Source: Candidatus Limnocylindria bacterium (GTDB lineage: Bacteria > Chloroflexota > Limnocylindria > QHBO01). From it: 64,000 bases of DNA. The position numbers and the translations under genes were made by a program. The notes below the pieces were generated by a model, which was given only the letters and a program-made list of their open reading frames with translations, was not told where the DNA came from and made no database searches. Positions 27,618-36,747 of the stretch are shown piece by piece. Positions within the stretch are counted from its first letter, which is position 1. Each line of letters starts with the position of its first letter. The stretch is taken from positions 2,076 to 66,075 of the forward strand of contig DASSTC010000043.1 of NCBI GenBank assembly GCA_035708065.1, in the 5' to 3' direction.

Positions 27618-29494
27618 CTCCCCGGCTGGACCGCCTCGCCCGGCGCGAACAGGTCGAGGACGGTGTTCAGCGCGGTGAACGCCCCGTTGTCGCCGATCTC
27701 GAACGTTGCCGCTCGACCGTCGAGCGCCACGAGCGAGCGCTCACCAATGACCGATGCGCCCGCCGAGTTCAGCAACAGCGCGGTGCGCTCGCTGAGCCCC
27801 AGCGCCAACGTCTGAGGATCGCTGGCGGACGCCGCCAGCAGGCGCCCCCAACGCTGATCGAGCGTCAGCCGCGGCTCGATCGTCACGCCGGGCAGCAGCC
27901 CCATGCCGTTGGCGAAGGTCGTCGAGCCGGAGACGAACGCCGCCGCAGCCTGTGACTCGACATTCGAGCTCGACGGGTCCGGCGTGGCGCTGTAGCGCGC
28001 GCCCATCGCGGCGGTCATCGCGCGATCGGTCACGACCACCGGCGCCTGGGCGATGGCGGCGCGCACGAAGGCGCTGAACGAGCCATCGGCCAGGGCGGAG
28101 CCGATCAGCGACTGGTCGCCGCCGGCGAACACCACCGCGGCCACCCCGTTCAGGCGTGACAGCGGCAGCGCACCGCCGGTCCCGTTCGGGCCCCAGGCGA
28201 TGACCTCGACCTTGTCGGCCGATGCCTTCCAGCCGGCGTTGGCCAGCGCCTTGGCGTAGTCGTTCCCAGCGCTCGAGCCCTGGCCGGTGTTGCGGTAGCC
28301 CGCGGTCACCACCAGGATCCGGTGCTGGCCGGTCTGGTGCGCCAGGCCGGCAATCTCGCCGAAGACGGGGGAGAGCGGATCGTCGAGCAGGCCGCCGCCG
28401 ATCACCAGCGTCCCGGCGCCCGGCGCGGCGAGCAGCGACGGATCCCAGCTGGGCTGAGCCTGGTAGGGCACGTCGGCCCCGTCGAGGAGCGCTTCACGAT
28501 CGACCATGTCGTACGCGGCGCCACCGGGTGCCAGCACGTGCAGCAGGACGTTGCGGGCCGATAGCGTCTCGCGCGGTCCGACCCAGGCGTGCGTTCCATC
28601 GGCGCCTTCGAAGTCGACCACCGAGACGGAGGTGGCTCCGAACACGCCGGATGCCAGCGCGTCGTTGGTGATGGTGACGCCGGTGTCCTCGTCCGCGCCG
28701 ATGCCCACCAGGCTGTCGCCGCCGAATCGGTCATCCGACTGGGCCACCATGTTCAGCAGCCGCGTCAGCCGGCCGCGCGCGTACGCATGCTGCTCGATGA
28801 TCGAACGTTGGGACCCGAAGCTCAGGCCGCGCTCGGTCGGATCGGGCGTGTCATTGGGGTCGGCCCACCAGACGATGATCTTGTCGCGCTCGAGCGCGTT
28901 ATACGGCCAGCCGGCGGCGGTGTAGTCGGCGATCATGTTCGTCGACTCCATGGCGGCCCCGGCACTGTTGCCGCCGAAGACGACGCCGCGTGCCGCCGCG
29001 TCCTCCATGGCCGTTTCGGCCGGCGAGCCGGCCAGGATATGCATCGCCAGGTCCTGGTCGCCACCGAGGATGTACGCGCCATCGGTCTCCGGGTCGAAGA
29101 ACAGCGCGCTGTTCGCCGGGTCGTGCGTCTCGGCGTAGTCGAACAGGTGCAGCAGGATCGCCTCGCAGCCGTCGGGGAAGGCGCTGCTGACGATCGCGTC
29201 GCAGGCGTCCTCGATCTGCTGCGTCCGCTGCGTGGCGAGCGCGATATTCGCGTCGCGCTCCTTCAGCGAATCGCCGTATGCCGATGTCACGACCAGGATC
29301 TGGACGACGTCGCCGTGCGCATGGCCGATCACCGTCGAGGCGAAGCCATCGAGGGTCGTCTCGCTGTAGCCGGCACCGATGGGGACCAGCGCATCGGCCG
29401 GTTCGACGGCGCCGACCGGCAGGGCGGTGGTGAAGGTCAGGATTGCGGCGCTCAGCGCGCCGACGAGGGAGCGACCGGGGAGTCGGGCGAACAT
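27614..29494 (-). CDS. secreted tandem cyanophycinase-like (peptidase S51-like) protein
   Basis: The start ATG 29494 is preceded by GGAGG. The signal peptide is MFARLPGRSLVGALSAAILTFTTALPVGA. Two homologous halves each carry GGDQ. Only the first has the GxSAGA nucleophile context (GGNSAGAAM). Confidence 0.6.
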   Translation of the reverse strand: MFARLPGRSLVGALSAAILTFTTALPVGAVEPADALVPIGAGYSETTLDGFASTVIGHAHGDVVQILVVTSAYGDSLKERDANIALATQRTQQIEDACDAIVSSAFPDGCEAILLHLFDYAETHDPANSALFFDPETDGAYILGGDQDLAMHILAGSPAETAMEDAAARGVVFGGNSAGAAMESTNMIADYTAAGWPYNALERDKIIVWWADPNDTPDPTERGLSFGSQRSIIEQHAYARGRLTRLLNMVAQSDDRFGGDSLVGIGADEDTGVTITNDALASGVFGATSVSVVDFEGADGTHAWVGPRETLSARNVLLHVLAPGGAAYDMVDREALLDGADVPYQAQPSWDPSLLAAPGAGTLVIGGGLLDDPLSPVFGEIAGLAHQTGQHRILVVTAGYRNTGQGSSAGNDYAKALANAGWKASADKVEVIAWGPNGTGGALPLSRLNGVAAVVFAGGDQSLIGSALADGSFSAFVRAAIAQAPVVVTDRAMTAAMGARYSATPDPSSSNVESQAAAAFVSGSTTFANGMGLLPGVTIEPRLTLDQRWGRLLAASASDPQTLALGLSERTALLLNSAGASVIGERSLVALDGRAATFEIGDNGAFTALNTVLDLFAPGEAVQPGS

Positions 29495-29543
29495 GGGACC
29501 TCCAGACTGAGCGGGCCTCGGGGTCGCCCGATGATATTCCATA

Positions 29544-30623
29544 ATGTCGCCCGTGCTGAAAGGCGTTGAGCGCGGCACCCTCGTCATTGCCGACATCTCC
29601 GGCTACACCGGGCTGCTGGTCGACACCGAGCTCGAGCACGCCCAGGACGCCGTGCGCGACCTGATCCAGACCGTGGTCGGCAAGCTTCGTCCGCAGCTGC
29701 GCCTGGCGAAGCTCGAGGGCGACGCCGCCTTCGTGTACTCGATCTCCGAACGGATCGATGGCTCGCAGCTGCTCGACACGCTCGAGGCCGCGTACTTCGC
29801 GTTCCGGCGACGGCTCGAGAGCATCAGCTTGGCGACGACCTGCGACTGCAACGCCTGCATTCGGATCCCGGGGCTCAACCTGAAGCTCATCGCCCATCAC
29901 GGCTCGTTCGTGCGCCAGCGGCTGTACGGCGTGGAGGAGCTGACCGGCAGCGACGTCATCGTGGTGCATCGGCTGCTGAAGAACCGCGTCGCCGAGCAGG
30001 TCGGCAGTGGCGGCTATCTCCTCCTGACCGATGCCTGCCTGGCCGCGGCAACCCTCGACCCCGCCGCGCTTCGCCTGGTCGAGTATCGCGACGAGCTCGA
30101 GGGCGTCGGCGAGGTCACCGGCTGGGTCCACGACCTCGAGACCGCCTGGCGGCGGGAGCGCGAGCTGCGACGTGTGCGCATCGGCGAGAAGGAGACAGCC
30201 TTGATGGTCGAGGCCGACATTCCGGCTGCACCGCAGGTCGTGTGGGATTGGGTCACGGACCCGACGCGCCGCCCGCAGTTCGTGCCCGGCGTATTGCGCG
30301 TGGACGAGGTGGCAAGCGCCGGCCGGCGTGGCGTCGGCACCACGAATCACTGCATGCACGGCGAGGGCGTCACTCTCGAGGAGATTCTCGACTGGCGTCC
30401 CTTCGACTACTTCACGCTGCAGACGACGCTGCCGAACGGGCTCAGCGCGATCACGATGGAGGAGCTGGTGGCGGCCGGTGCCGGGACACACGTGATCGTG
30501 CGCGTCGCAAAGCAGAAGACGGCAAAAGGGCGCGAGGTCTTCGGCCGGATGAGCGACATGATCGCGGGCATGTATGCGATGTCGCTGGCCCAGCTCGGCC
30601 GCATCGTCGAGGCGGACCGCTAG
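29544..30623 (+). CDS. DUF2652-like (nucleotidyl-cyclase-fold-like) domain fused to an SRPBCC/START-like domain
   Basis: The N-terminal half has LVIADISGYTG...KLEGDAAFVY...IAHHGSF. The C-terminal half (VWDWVTDPTRRPQFVPG...) is SRPBCC-like. Confidence 0.6.
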   Translation: MSPVLKGVERGTLVIADISGYTGLLVDTELEHAQDAVRDLIQTVVGKLRPQLRLAKLEGDAAFVYSISERIDGSQLLDTLEAAYFAFRRRLESISLATTCDCNACIRIPGLNLKLIAHHGSFVRQRLYGVEELTGSDVIVVHRLLKNRVAEQVGSGGYLLLTDACLAAATLDPAALRLVEYRDELEGVGEVTGWVHDLETAWRRERELRRVRIGEKETALMVEADIPAAPQVVWDWVTDPTRRPQFVPGVLRVDEVASAGRRGVGTTNHCMHGEGVTLEEILDWRPFDYFTLQTTLPNGLSAITMEELVAAGAGTHVIVRVAKQKTAKGREVFGRMSDMIAGMYAMSLAQLGRIVEADR

Positions 30624-30670
30624 GGCTGGCGCGCAAGAGGGTAAGACGTGCGAACCGTGGGTCGCGGTAC

Positions 30671-30800
30671 TGCTCTCGGCACGAGCGAAGGTCCCCAGGA
30701 AGTCGCGCTTCACGCCGGAACCGCTCGTGGCACGAGCGAGACGCGGAACTGAAGGCCCCGGCGCGCGCCTCGCTCCGATCATTGCTCGCAGCACGAGCGA
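30671..30800 (+). repeat. three copies of an 18-nt repeat (yGCTCnnrGCACGAGCGA), each an internal GCTCG-N5-CGAGC palindrome
   Basis: The copies lie at 30671-30688, 30722-30739 and 30783-30800. Pairwise identity is 15-16 of 18. Confidence 0.5.
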
Positions 30801-30842
30801 TCCGCCCCGGGGAACGCACGGCATGCCTGACCCACGGTCCGG

Positions 30843-30848
30843 TACCAT
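30843..30848 (+). promoter_or_regulatory. -10-like hexamer TACCAT, 9 nt before aspS ATG 30858
   Basis: The hexamer was read directly, and no Shine-Dalgarno sequence is present. Confidence 0.4.
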
Positions 30849-30857
30849 GGCCAACCC

Positions 30858-32645
30858 ATGTCCGTCTCCTTCCGTACCCATACCTGCGGCGAGCTGCGCG
30901 CGTCTGACGTCGGCCAGCGCGTGACGCTTGCCGGCTGGGTGCATCGGCGCCGTGATCACGGCCACCTGACCTTCTTCGACCTTCGTGACCGGTACGGCAT
31001 CACCCAGGTGGTGACCAACGCGCAGGAGGCACCGGAGGCGCACCAGGCCGCCGAGGCCGTGCGCAACGAGTGGGTCGTGCAGGTGAGCGGGACCGTGCGG
31101 CATCGGCCCGAGGGGACGACGAACGATCAGCTGGCGACCGGCGAGATCGAGGTCGCTGCCGATGAGCTGACCGTCCTCAACCCGAGCAAGGTGCCGCCGT
31201 TCTACATCAACGAGCCGCAGCCGGGACTCGACGAGCAGCTGCGGCTGAAGTACCGCTACCTGGACCTGCGACGACCGGAGATGCAGCAGCGCATCCTGCT
31301 GCGCGGCCGGCTCGCGTCGGCCGTGCGCAGGACATTCGACGCCCTGGGCTTCGTCGAGATCGAGACGCCGACGTTGGTGAAGAGCACGCCGGAGGGTGCG
31401 CGGGACTACATCGTGCCGAGCCGTCTGCAGCCCGGGGAGTTCTATGCGCTGCCGCAGAGCCCGCAGATTCTCAAGCAGCTGCTGATGGTCGCCGGCTACG
31501 ACCGCTACTTCCAGCTGGCGCACGCGTACCGCGACGAGGACCTGCGCGGCGACCGCCAGCCGGAGCACACCCAGATCGACGTCGAGATGAGCTTCGTGCG
31601 CGAGGGCGACGTGATGGACACCATCGAGCAGATGGTCCAGACCGTCACCCGAGAGGTCCTCCCCGAGCGACCGATCCTGACCGCTCCCTTCCCGCGACTG
31701 ACCTACGAGGAGGCCCTCGACCGATACGGCTCGGACAAGCCTGATATCCGCTTCGGCATGGAGCTGGTCGACCTGACCGAAGCACTGCGCGCGGTCGACT
31801 TCCGCGTCTTCGCCGACCCGATCGCGGCCGGCGGTGCCGTGCGCGCCGTCGTTGCGCCCGGATGCGCCGGCTACTCGCGCAAGCAGCTCGACGAGCTGAC
31901 CGATGTCGCCCGACGCGGCGGTGCGGCCGGGCTCGCCTGGCTGGCCGTCGAGCCGGATGGCTCGCTGCGCGGTCCGGCCGCCAAGTTCCTCGACGCCGGG
32001 GTGCAGGCCAGGCTGACGACCGTGACCGGTGCCGCGACCGGAGACCTCCTGCTGATCGTGGCCGACGCGGACCGGGTGAAAGGCGCCGAATCACTCGGGC
32101 GGGTGCGGCTCGAAATGGGCGACCGGCTGGGACTGCGCACGCCGCACGTGCTGGCCTACGTCTGGGTCCATCGGTTTCCGATGTTCCAGTGGGACGCCGA
32201 GGGCAACCGCTGGGACGCGACGCACAACCCGTTCAGCGCGCCGGTGTGGGAGGAGGAGCCGCGCATGGAGAGTGATCCCGCATCGGTCCACGCGCAGCAG
32301 TACGACCTGGCGCTCAACGGCTGGGAGCTCGGCGGCGGGTCGGTGCGCATCCACCGGCGCGACCTGCTCGAGCGGGCGTTCGCGTTGATGGGCCATACCG
32401 TCGAGGGAATGCGTGACCAGTTCGGCGCGCTGCTGGACGCGCTCGAGTACGGCGCGCCGCCGCACGGTGGGATCGCCATCGGGCTCGACCGCTGGACGGC
32501 GCTCCTCGCCGATCAGGACAACATTCGCGAGGTGATGGCCTTCCCCAAGACCCAGTCGGGCAGCGACCTGATGATGGGGGCGCCCTCGCCGGTGAGCGAG
32601 ACACAGATGGACGAGCTGCACCTGCGCGTCGTCACTGACGCCTAG
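30858..32645 (+). CDS. aspS: aspartate--tRNA ligase
   Basis: GWVHRRRDHGHLTFFDLRDRYG marks the OB fold. YRDEDLRGDRQPEHTQID and GGGSVRIH are also present. Confidence 0.95.
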   Translation: MSVSFRTHTCGELRASDVGQRVTLAGWVHRRRDHGHLTFFDLRDRYGITQVVTNAQEAPEAHQAAEAVRNEWVVQVSGTVRHRPEGTTNDQLATGEIEVAADELTVLNPSKVPPFYINEPQPGLDEQLRLKYRYLDLRRPEMQQRILLRGRLASAVRRTFDALGFVEIETPTLVKSTPEGARDYIVPSRLQPGEFYALPQSPQILKQLLMVAGYDRYFQLAHAYRDEDLRGDRQPEHTQIDVEMSFVREGDVMDTIEQMVQTVTREVLPERPILTAPFPRLTYEEALDRYGSDKPDIRFGMELVDLTEALRAVDFRVFADPIAAGGAVRAVVAPGCAGYSRKQLDELTDVARRGGAAGLAWLAVEPDGSLRGPAAKFLDAGVQARLTTVTGAATGDLLLIVADADRVKGAESLGRVRLEMGDRLGLRTPHVLAYVWVHRFPMFQWDAEGNRWDATHNPFSAPVWEEEPRMESDPASVHAQQYDLALNGWELGGGSVRIHRRDLLERAFALMGHTVEGMRDQFGALLDALEYGAPPHGGIAIGLDRWTALLADQDNIREVMAFPKTQSGSDLMMGAPSPVSETQMDELHLRVVTDA

Positions 32646-32702
32646 AGCGAGCGCGACACGGCGCGCCGTCGCGGCGTCGGGGTGGGGCTGACCCGCAGCG
32701 CC

Positions 32703-32708
32703 TACACT
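32703..32708 (+). promoter_or_regulatory. -10-like hexamer TACACT, 8 nt before GTG 32717 (LCP gene)
   Basis: The hexamer was read directly. Confidence 0.4.
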
Positions 32709-32716
32709 TCGCGGCC

Positions 32717-34132
32717 GTGAGGCTATCGCTCGCTCGGTTGCGACGCTCCCCGGCGCTCGCCGCGTTCCTCTCGTTCCTCCTGCCCGGCCTCGGCCAGGTG
32801 TGGGCCGGCGCAGTGATGCGCGGCGTGTTGCTGATCGTGCCGATCGTGATCCTGGTCGGCGGGATCGCCGGCTTCGTCATTGGTCAGGGATCGGCGCGCT
32901 TCCTGGGGATTGCGCTGCAGCCCGGGGTCCTGCTCACCATCCTGGCGATCGACGCCGTGCTGCTCGTGTACCGCGTCGCGGCGATCGTCGACGCGTATCT
33001 GCTCGGCAGGCCCGGGCGCCGCATGGCGGCGCCGCGCACGCGTCGGGCGGCATCCGTCAGCGTCCTCGTGCTGCTGCTGGCGGTGACCGTGGCGATGCAC
33101 GGCTGGGTCGGCGTGGTGACCTACAAGAGCTACGACCTGGTCGCCAACGTGTTCGTGCCGGTGAGCACGTCGACGCCGCAACCGACAGCGCCGACTGCCA
33201 CGCCGAGCCAGGGGCCGACCTTCAGCCCGACCCCGACGCCGGTCCCGGTGCCCGCCTGGGCGGAAAACGGCCGGCTCGACGTGGTGCTCATCGGCGGCGA
33301 TGCCGGGCCGGGCCGCCGCAGCCTGCGCACCGACTCGATGACGCTCGTCAGCGTCGAGGTCGCGACCGGCAAGGCGAAGATGTTCGGCATCCCGCGCAAC
33401 CTGATCAACGTGCCTCTCCCGCCCGAAACCGCCTCTGCCTTCGCGTGTGGCTGTTTCCCGGACCTGATCAACGCGCTGTTCGAATACGCCGAGACCCACC
33501 CGAACATCTTTCCGGGCGCCGACGATCAGCGCGGCTACATCGCCCTCCAGTCGACGCTGAGCCACTTCCTGGGCGTGCCGATCGACGGGATGCTCGTCGT
33601 CGACCTCAACGGCTTCGTGCGGCTCATCGATGCGCTCGGCGGCCTGGACATCACCACACCCGAGGCGGTGTACGACAGCAAGTACCCGTTGGAGGACGGG
33701 AGTGGCTACGTCAAGCTGTACATCCCGGCCGGCCCGCATCACTTCAACGGTCACGAGGCGCTGCAGTACGCGCGATCGCGCCACCAGGACGACGACTACC
33801 ACCGCATGGATCGCCAGCAGCTGACGCTGCTCGCCCTGCGACGCCAGATCAACCCGTGCTCGCTGGTGCCGCGCCTGCCGGAACTGCTCGACATCGGCAA
33901 GGACTCGTTGTGGACCGATATCGCGATCAGTGATCTGCCCGATCTGCTGGCGCTTGCCCAGCGCGTCGACGCCGGCAAGATCAAGCGCGCCGCGTTCAAC
34001 CCGCCGGAGATCCCCGAGTACATCAACGCGGCGGCTGTCGCAACGGTCCAGAAGATGGTGGCCGACGCCTTCAAGTCCGGTACGAAGACGTCACCGACGC
34101 CGACGCCCAGCGAGCCGCCGTCGCCCTGCTGA
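32717..34132 (+). CDS. LCP-family (LytR-CpsA-Psr) cell-envelope phosphotransferase with a multi-TM N-terminus
   Basis: The start is GTG. TM helices and a Pro/Thr linker precede RTDSMTLVSV...GIPRN...GGLD...YARSRH. Confidence 0.85.
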   Translation: MRLSLARLRRSPALAAFLSFLLPGLGQVWAGAVMRGVLLIVPIVILVGGIAGFVIGQGSARFLGIALQPGVLLTILAIDAVLLVYRVAAIVDAYLLGRPGRRMAAPRTRRAASVSVLVLLLAVTVAMHGWVGVVTYKSYDLVANVFVPVSTSTPQPTAPTATPSQGPTFSPTPTPVPVPAWAENGRLDVVLIGGDAGPGRRSLRTDSMTLVSVEVATGKAKMFGIPRNLINVPLPPETASAFACGCFPDLINALFEYAETHPNIFPGADDQRGYIALQSTLSHFLGVPIDGMLVVDLNGFVRLIDALGGLDITTPEAVYDSKYPLEDGSGYVKLYIPAGPHHFNGHEALQYARSRHQDDDYHRMDRQQLTLLALRRQINPCSLVPRLPELLDIGKDSLWTDIAISDLPDLLALAQRVDAGKIKRAAFNPPEIPEYINAAAVATVQKMVADAFKSGTKTSPTPTPSEPPSPC

Positions 34133-34159
34133 CTTCCGGAGGCCGAGTCCGTGCTGCGG

Positions 34160-34165
34160 CATAAT
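34160..34165 (+). promoter_or_regulatory. -10-like hexamer CATAAT, 9 nt before ATG 34175 (cysteine desulfurase)
   Basis: The hexamer was read directly. Confidence 0.4.
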
Positions 34166-34174
34166 CGGTCGATC

Positions 34175-35341
34175 ATGCCCGCCGACCGGATCTATCTCGA
34201 CCATGCCGCCACGACGCCGCTGCGCCGCGAGGCGCTCGACGCGATGCTGCCGTACCTGACCGAGCACCAGGGAAACCCGTCGAGCATCTACGCGAGCGGC
34301 CGGCGGGCGCGCCAGGCCTTGGACGAGGCCCGCGAGGTCGTGGCCCGGTTCGTCGGGGGGCAACCGCGCGAGATCGTCTTCACCGCGGGCGGCACGGAGG
34401 CGGACAACCTGGCGATCAAGGGCGCCGCCTGGGCGGCCAGCGCGAACGGCCGCCACATCGTGACCAGCAGCGTCGAGCACAAGGCCGTGCTGCACACCTG
34501 CGCGGTCATGGAGCGCTCCGGCTTCGAGGTCACCTACCTGCCGGTGGACCGATACGGCCGGGTCGACCCGGCCGACGTGGCCGAGGCGATCACCGAGCAC
34601 ACCGTACTCGTCAGCGTGATGCTCGCCAACAACGAGGTCGGCACGATCGAGCCGATTGCCGAGATCGGTCGCGTGTGCCGCGAGCGACGGGTCCTGTTCC
34701 ATACCGATGCCATCCAGGCCGCCGGCCACCTGCCGATCGACGTCGACGCGCTCGGCGTCGACCTGCTCAGCCTGGCGGCGCACAAGGTCTACGGGCCGAA
34801 GGGCGTCGGCGCACTGTTCGTGCGCCGCGGGACGGCCTTGCTGCCGCAGCTGCAGGGCGGCTCCCAGGAGCGGCAGCGGCGGGCGGGGACCGAGAACGTC
34901 GCCGGGATCGCCGGCTTCGCCCGGGCGCTCGAGTCGCTTGACCTCGCGGGCGGCTTGGAGGCGGAGCTCCGCGACCGGCTCATCACCGGGCTCACCGCCA
35001 TCGACGGCGTCTCGCTGACCGGACATCCGACCGAGCGGTTGCCGAACAGCGCCAGCTTCGTGGTCGACGGCGTGGAGGGCGGCGACCTCGTCTCGGCGCT
35101 CGACCTCGAGGGGATCGAGGCGTCGACGGGGAGCGCCTGCACCTCGGGGAGCACCGAACCATCGCACGTGCTGCTGGCGATGGGCATCGACCCGCAGGCG
35201 GCCCACGGCTCGCTGCGGCTGACCCTCGGCCGCGAGACGACGCCCGAGGAGATCGAGCGCACGGTCGTGGTCACCCGCGACGTGATCGGGCGGCTGCGCG
35301 ACGCGATGGCACCGCGGCCGACGGTCGCATCGGTTTCGTGA
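34175..35341 (+). CDS. cysteine desulfurase (NifS/IscS class; YrvO-like partner of MnmA)
   Basis: IYLDHAATTP, SSVEHKAV, AHKVYGPKGVGALF (PLP lysine) and STGSACTSG (catalytic Cys loop) are present. Confidence 0.9.
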   Translation: MPADRIYLDHAATTPLRREALDAMLPYLTEHQGNPSSIYASGRRARQALDEAREVVARFVGGQPREIVFTAGGTEADNLAIKGAAWAASANGRHIVTSSVEHKAVLHTCAVMERSGFEVTYLPVDRYGRVDPADVAEAITEHTVLVSVMLANNEVGTIEPIAEIGRVCRERRVLFHTDAIQAAGHLPIDVDALGVDLLSLAAHKVYGPKGVGALFVRRGTALLPQLQGGSQERQRRAGTENVAGIAGFARALESLDLAGGLEAELRDRLITGLTAIDGVSLTGHPTERLPNSASFVVDGVEGGDLVSALDLEGIEASTGSACTSGSTEPSHVLLAMGIDPQAAHGSLRLTLGRETTPEEIERTVVVTRDVIGRLRDAMAPRPTVASVS

Positions 35342-36423
35342 GCCGGATCGTGGCTGCCATGAGCGGCGGCGTCGACTCGAGCGTGGCGGCGGCCATGCTC
35401 GCGCAGGAAGCGCGGCAGACCGGCGTCGAGGTGATCGGCGTCTGGATGCGCACCCACCCCGACATCGGCGAGGGGTACGAGCAGAAGCGCTCGTGCTGCT
35501 CGCCGGACGCCCTCGACGACGCGCGTCGGGTGGCACAGCTGCTCGAGATCCCGTTCTTCGTGCTCAACCTGGAGCGCGAGTTCGGCACGCGCGTGATCGA
35601 CGCCTTCGCCGACGCGTACCTCGCCGGCGCGACGCCGAACCCATGCCAGGCCTGCAACCAGTACATCAAGTTCGACGAGCTGCTGCGTCGCGGCCTGGCC
35701 GCGTACGGGGCCGACGCGGTGGCGACCGGTCACTACGCGCGTCTCGCCTTCGAGGATGGGCGCTGGCGACTGCTGCGCGCAGCCGATGCGAACAAGGACC
35801 AGACCTACTTCCTGTGGGTGCTGTCACAGGAACAGCTGAGCCATACCCGTTTCCCGCTCGGCGACCTGACGAAACCGGAGGTCCGCGCACGAGCGGCCGA
35901 GCTCACGCTGCCCACCGCGCAGAAGCCGGAGTCGCAGGAGATCTGCTTCGTGCCGCTCGGCGACTACCGCACCCTGCTCGAGGAGCGGCGCGGCTATGCC
36001 GGCGATCCGGGGCCGATCGTGGACGCCTCCGGCGCCGTCGTCGGCACCCACACCGGGTACGCGCACTACACCGTCGGGCAGCGTCATGGCCTCGGCGTGG
36101 CGCTCGGCGAGGCGGTCTACGTTCGCGAGGTGAGGCCGGAGCGCAACGAGGTGGTGATCGGGCGCCGCGAGGAGGTCGCCGCCCGGACCTTCACCGCCGA
36201 TGGTCGCAGCTTCATCGCCGGGGACCCGCCCGCCGAGCGCTTCTCGGCGTCGATCCGGATCCGGCACCGCGCGCCCGACGTTCCGTGCGAGGTCACGCTG
36301 ATCGGCGACGACCGGTTCAACGTGGAGACGGCCGAACCGGTGTGGGCACCGGCGCCCGGCCAGGCCGCGGTGCTGTACGACGGGGAGGAGTGCCTGGGCG
36401 GCGGCCGCATCGTCCGGGTATGA
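35338..36423 (+). CDS. mnmA: tRNA 2-thiouridine(34) synthase
   Basis: The PP-loop AMSGGVDSSVAA and NPCQACN are present. The start overlaps the desulfurase stop (GTGA). Confidence 0.95.
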   Translation: MSRIVAAMSGGVDSSVAAAMLAQEARQTGVEVIGVWMRTHPDIGEGYEQKRSCCSPDALDDARRVAQLLEIPFFVLNLEREFGTRVIDAFADAYLAGATPNPCQACNQYIKFDELLRRGLAAYGADAVATGHYARLAFEDGRWRLLRAADANKDQTYFLWVLSQEQLSHTRFPLGDLTKPEVRARAAELTLPTAQKPESQEICFVPLGDYRTLLEERRGYAGDPGPIVDASGAVVGTHTGYAHYTVGQRHGLGVALGEAVYVREVRPERNEVVIGRREEVAARTFTADGRSFIAGDPPAERFSASIRIRHRAPDVPCEVTLIGDDRFNVETAEPVWAPAPGQAAVLYDGEECLGGGRIVRV

Positions 36424-36695
36424 CGCCGTGGCTGGTGCTGACCGCCTTCGTCGCCGCGCTCAACCTGCTCGCCTTCGTCTGGATTCGCGGCCGGTGGGGC
36501 CGCGTCGTCGGGGTGCTGGCCGTCGCCAGCGTGCTCGGCACGATCGCCGGCAATGCGATCGGCGCGCGCGTCGGGCTGGAGCTGCTGCGCTTGGGCGAGT
36601 TCCAGGTGCTCGCCGCATCGGTCGTCGCGCAGCTGGCGATGCTGGCGGTCGTGCTGCTCGCGGCGCTCGGTCCGCGTCGCATCGAGATCGAATGA
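36420..36695 (+). CDS. small hydrophobic membrane protein (91 aa)
   Basis: The start overlaps the mnmA stop (ATGA). Three predicted hydrophobic helices are visible, with high GC3. No function is recognised. Confidence 0.5.
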   Translation: MTPWLVLTAFVAALNLLAFVWIRGRWGRVVGVLAVASVLGTIAGNAIGARVGLELLRLGEFQVLAASVVAQLAMLAVVLLAALGPRRIEIE

Positions 36696-36747
36696 GGTGT
36701 GCCGGGCTACCATGCCGCGGCGGACCAACGAGGACCCGGAGGGCGGC

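Noticed and set aside
30624-30857. A possible T-box leader upstream of aspS, suggested by GGTCCGGTACC and GGGTCGCGGTAC, which loosely recall the GGGTGGTACCGCG T-box core.
   Set aside because: The conserved T-box sequence is not intact. I could find no Stem I, specifier loop or AGAGA box, and no terminator/antiterminator pair. The TACCAT hexamer 9 nt before the ATG implies a transcript too short to contain a leader.
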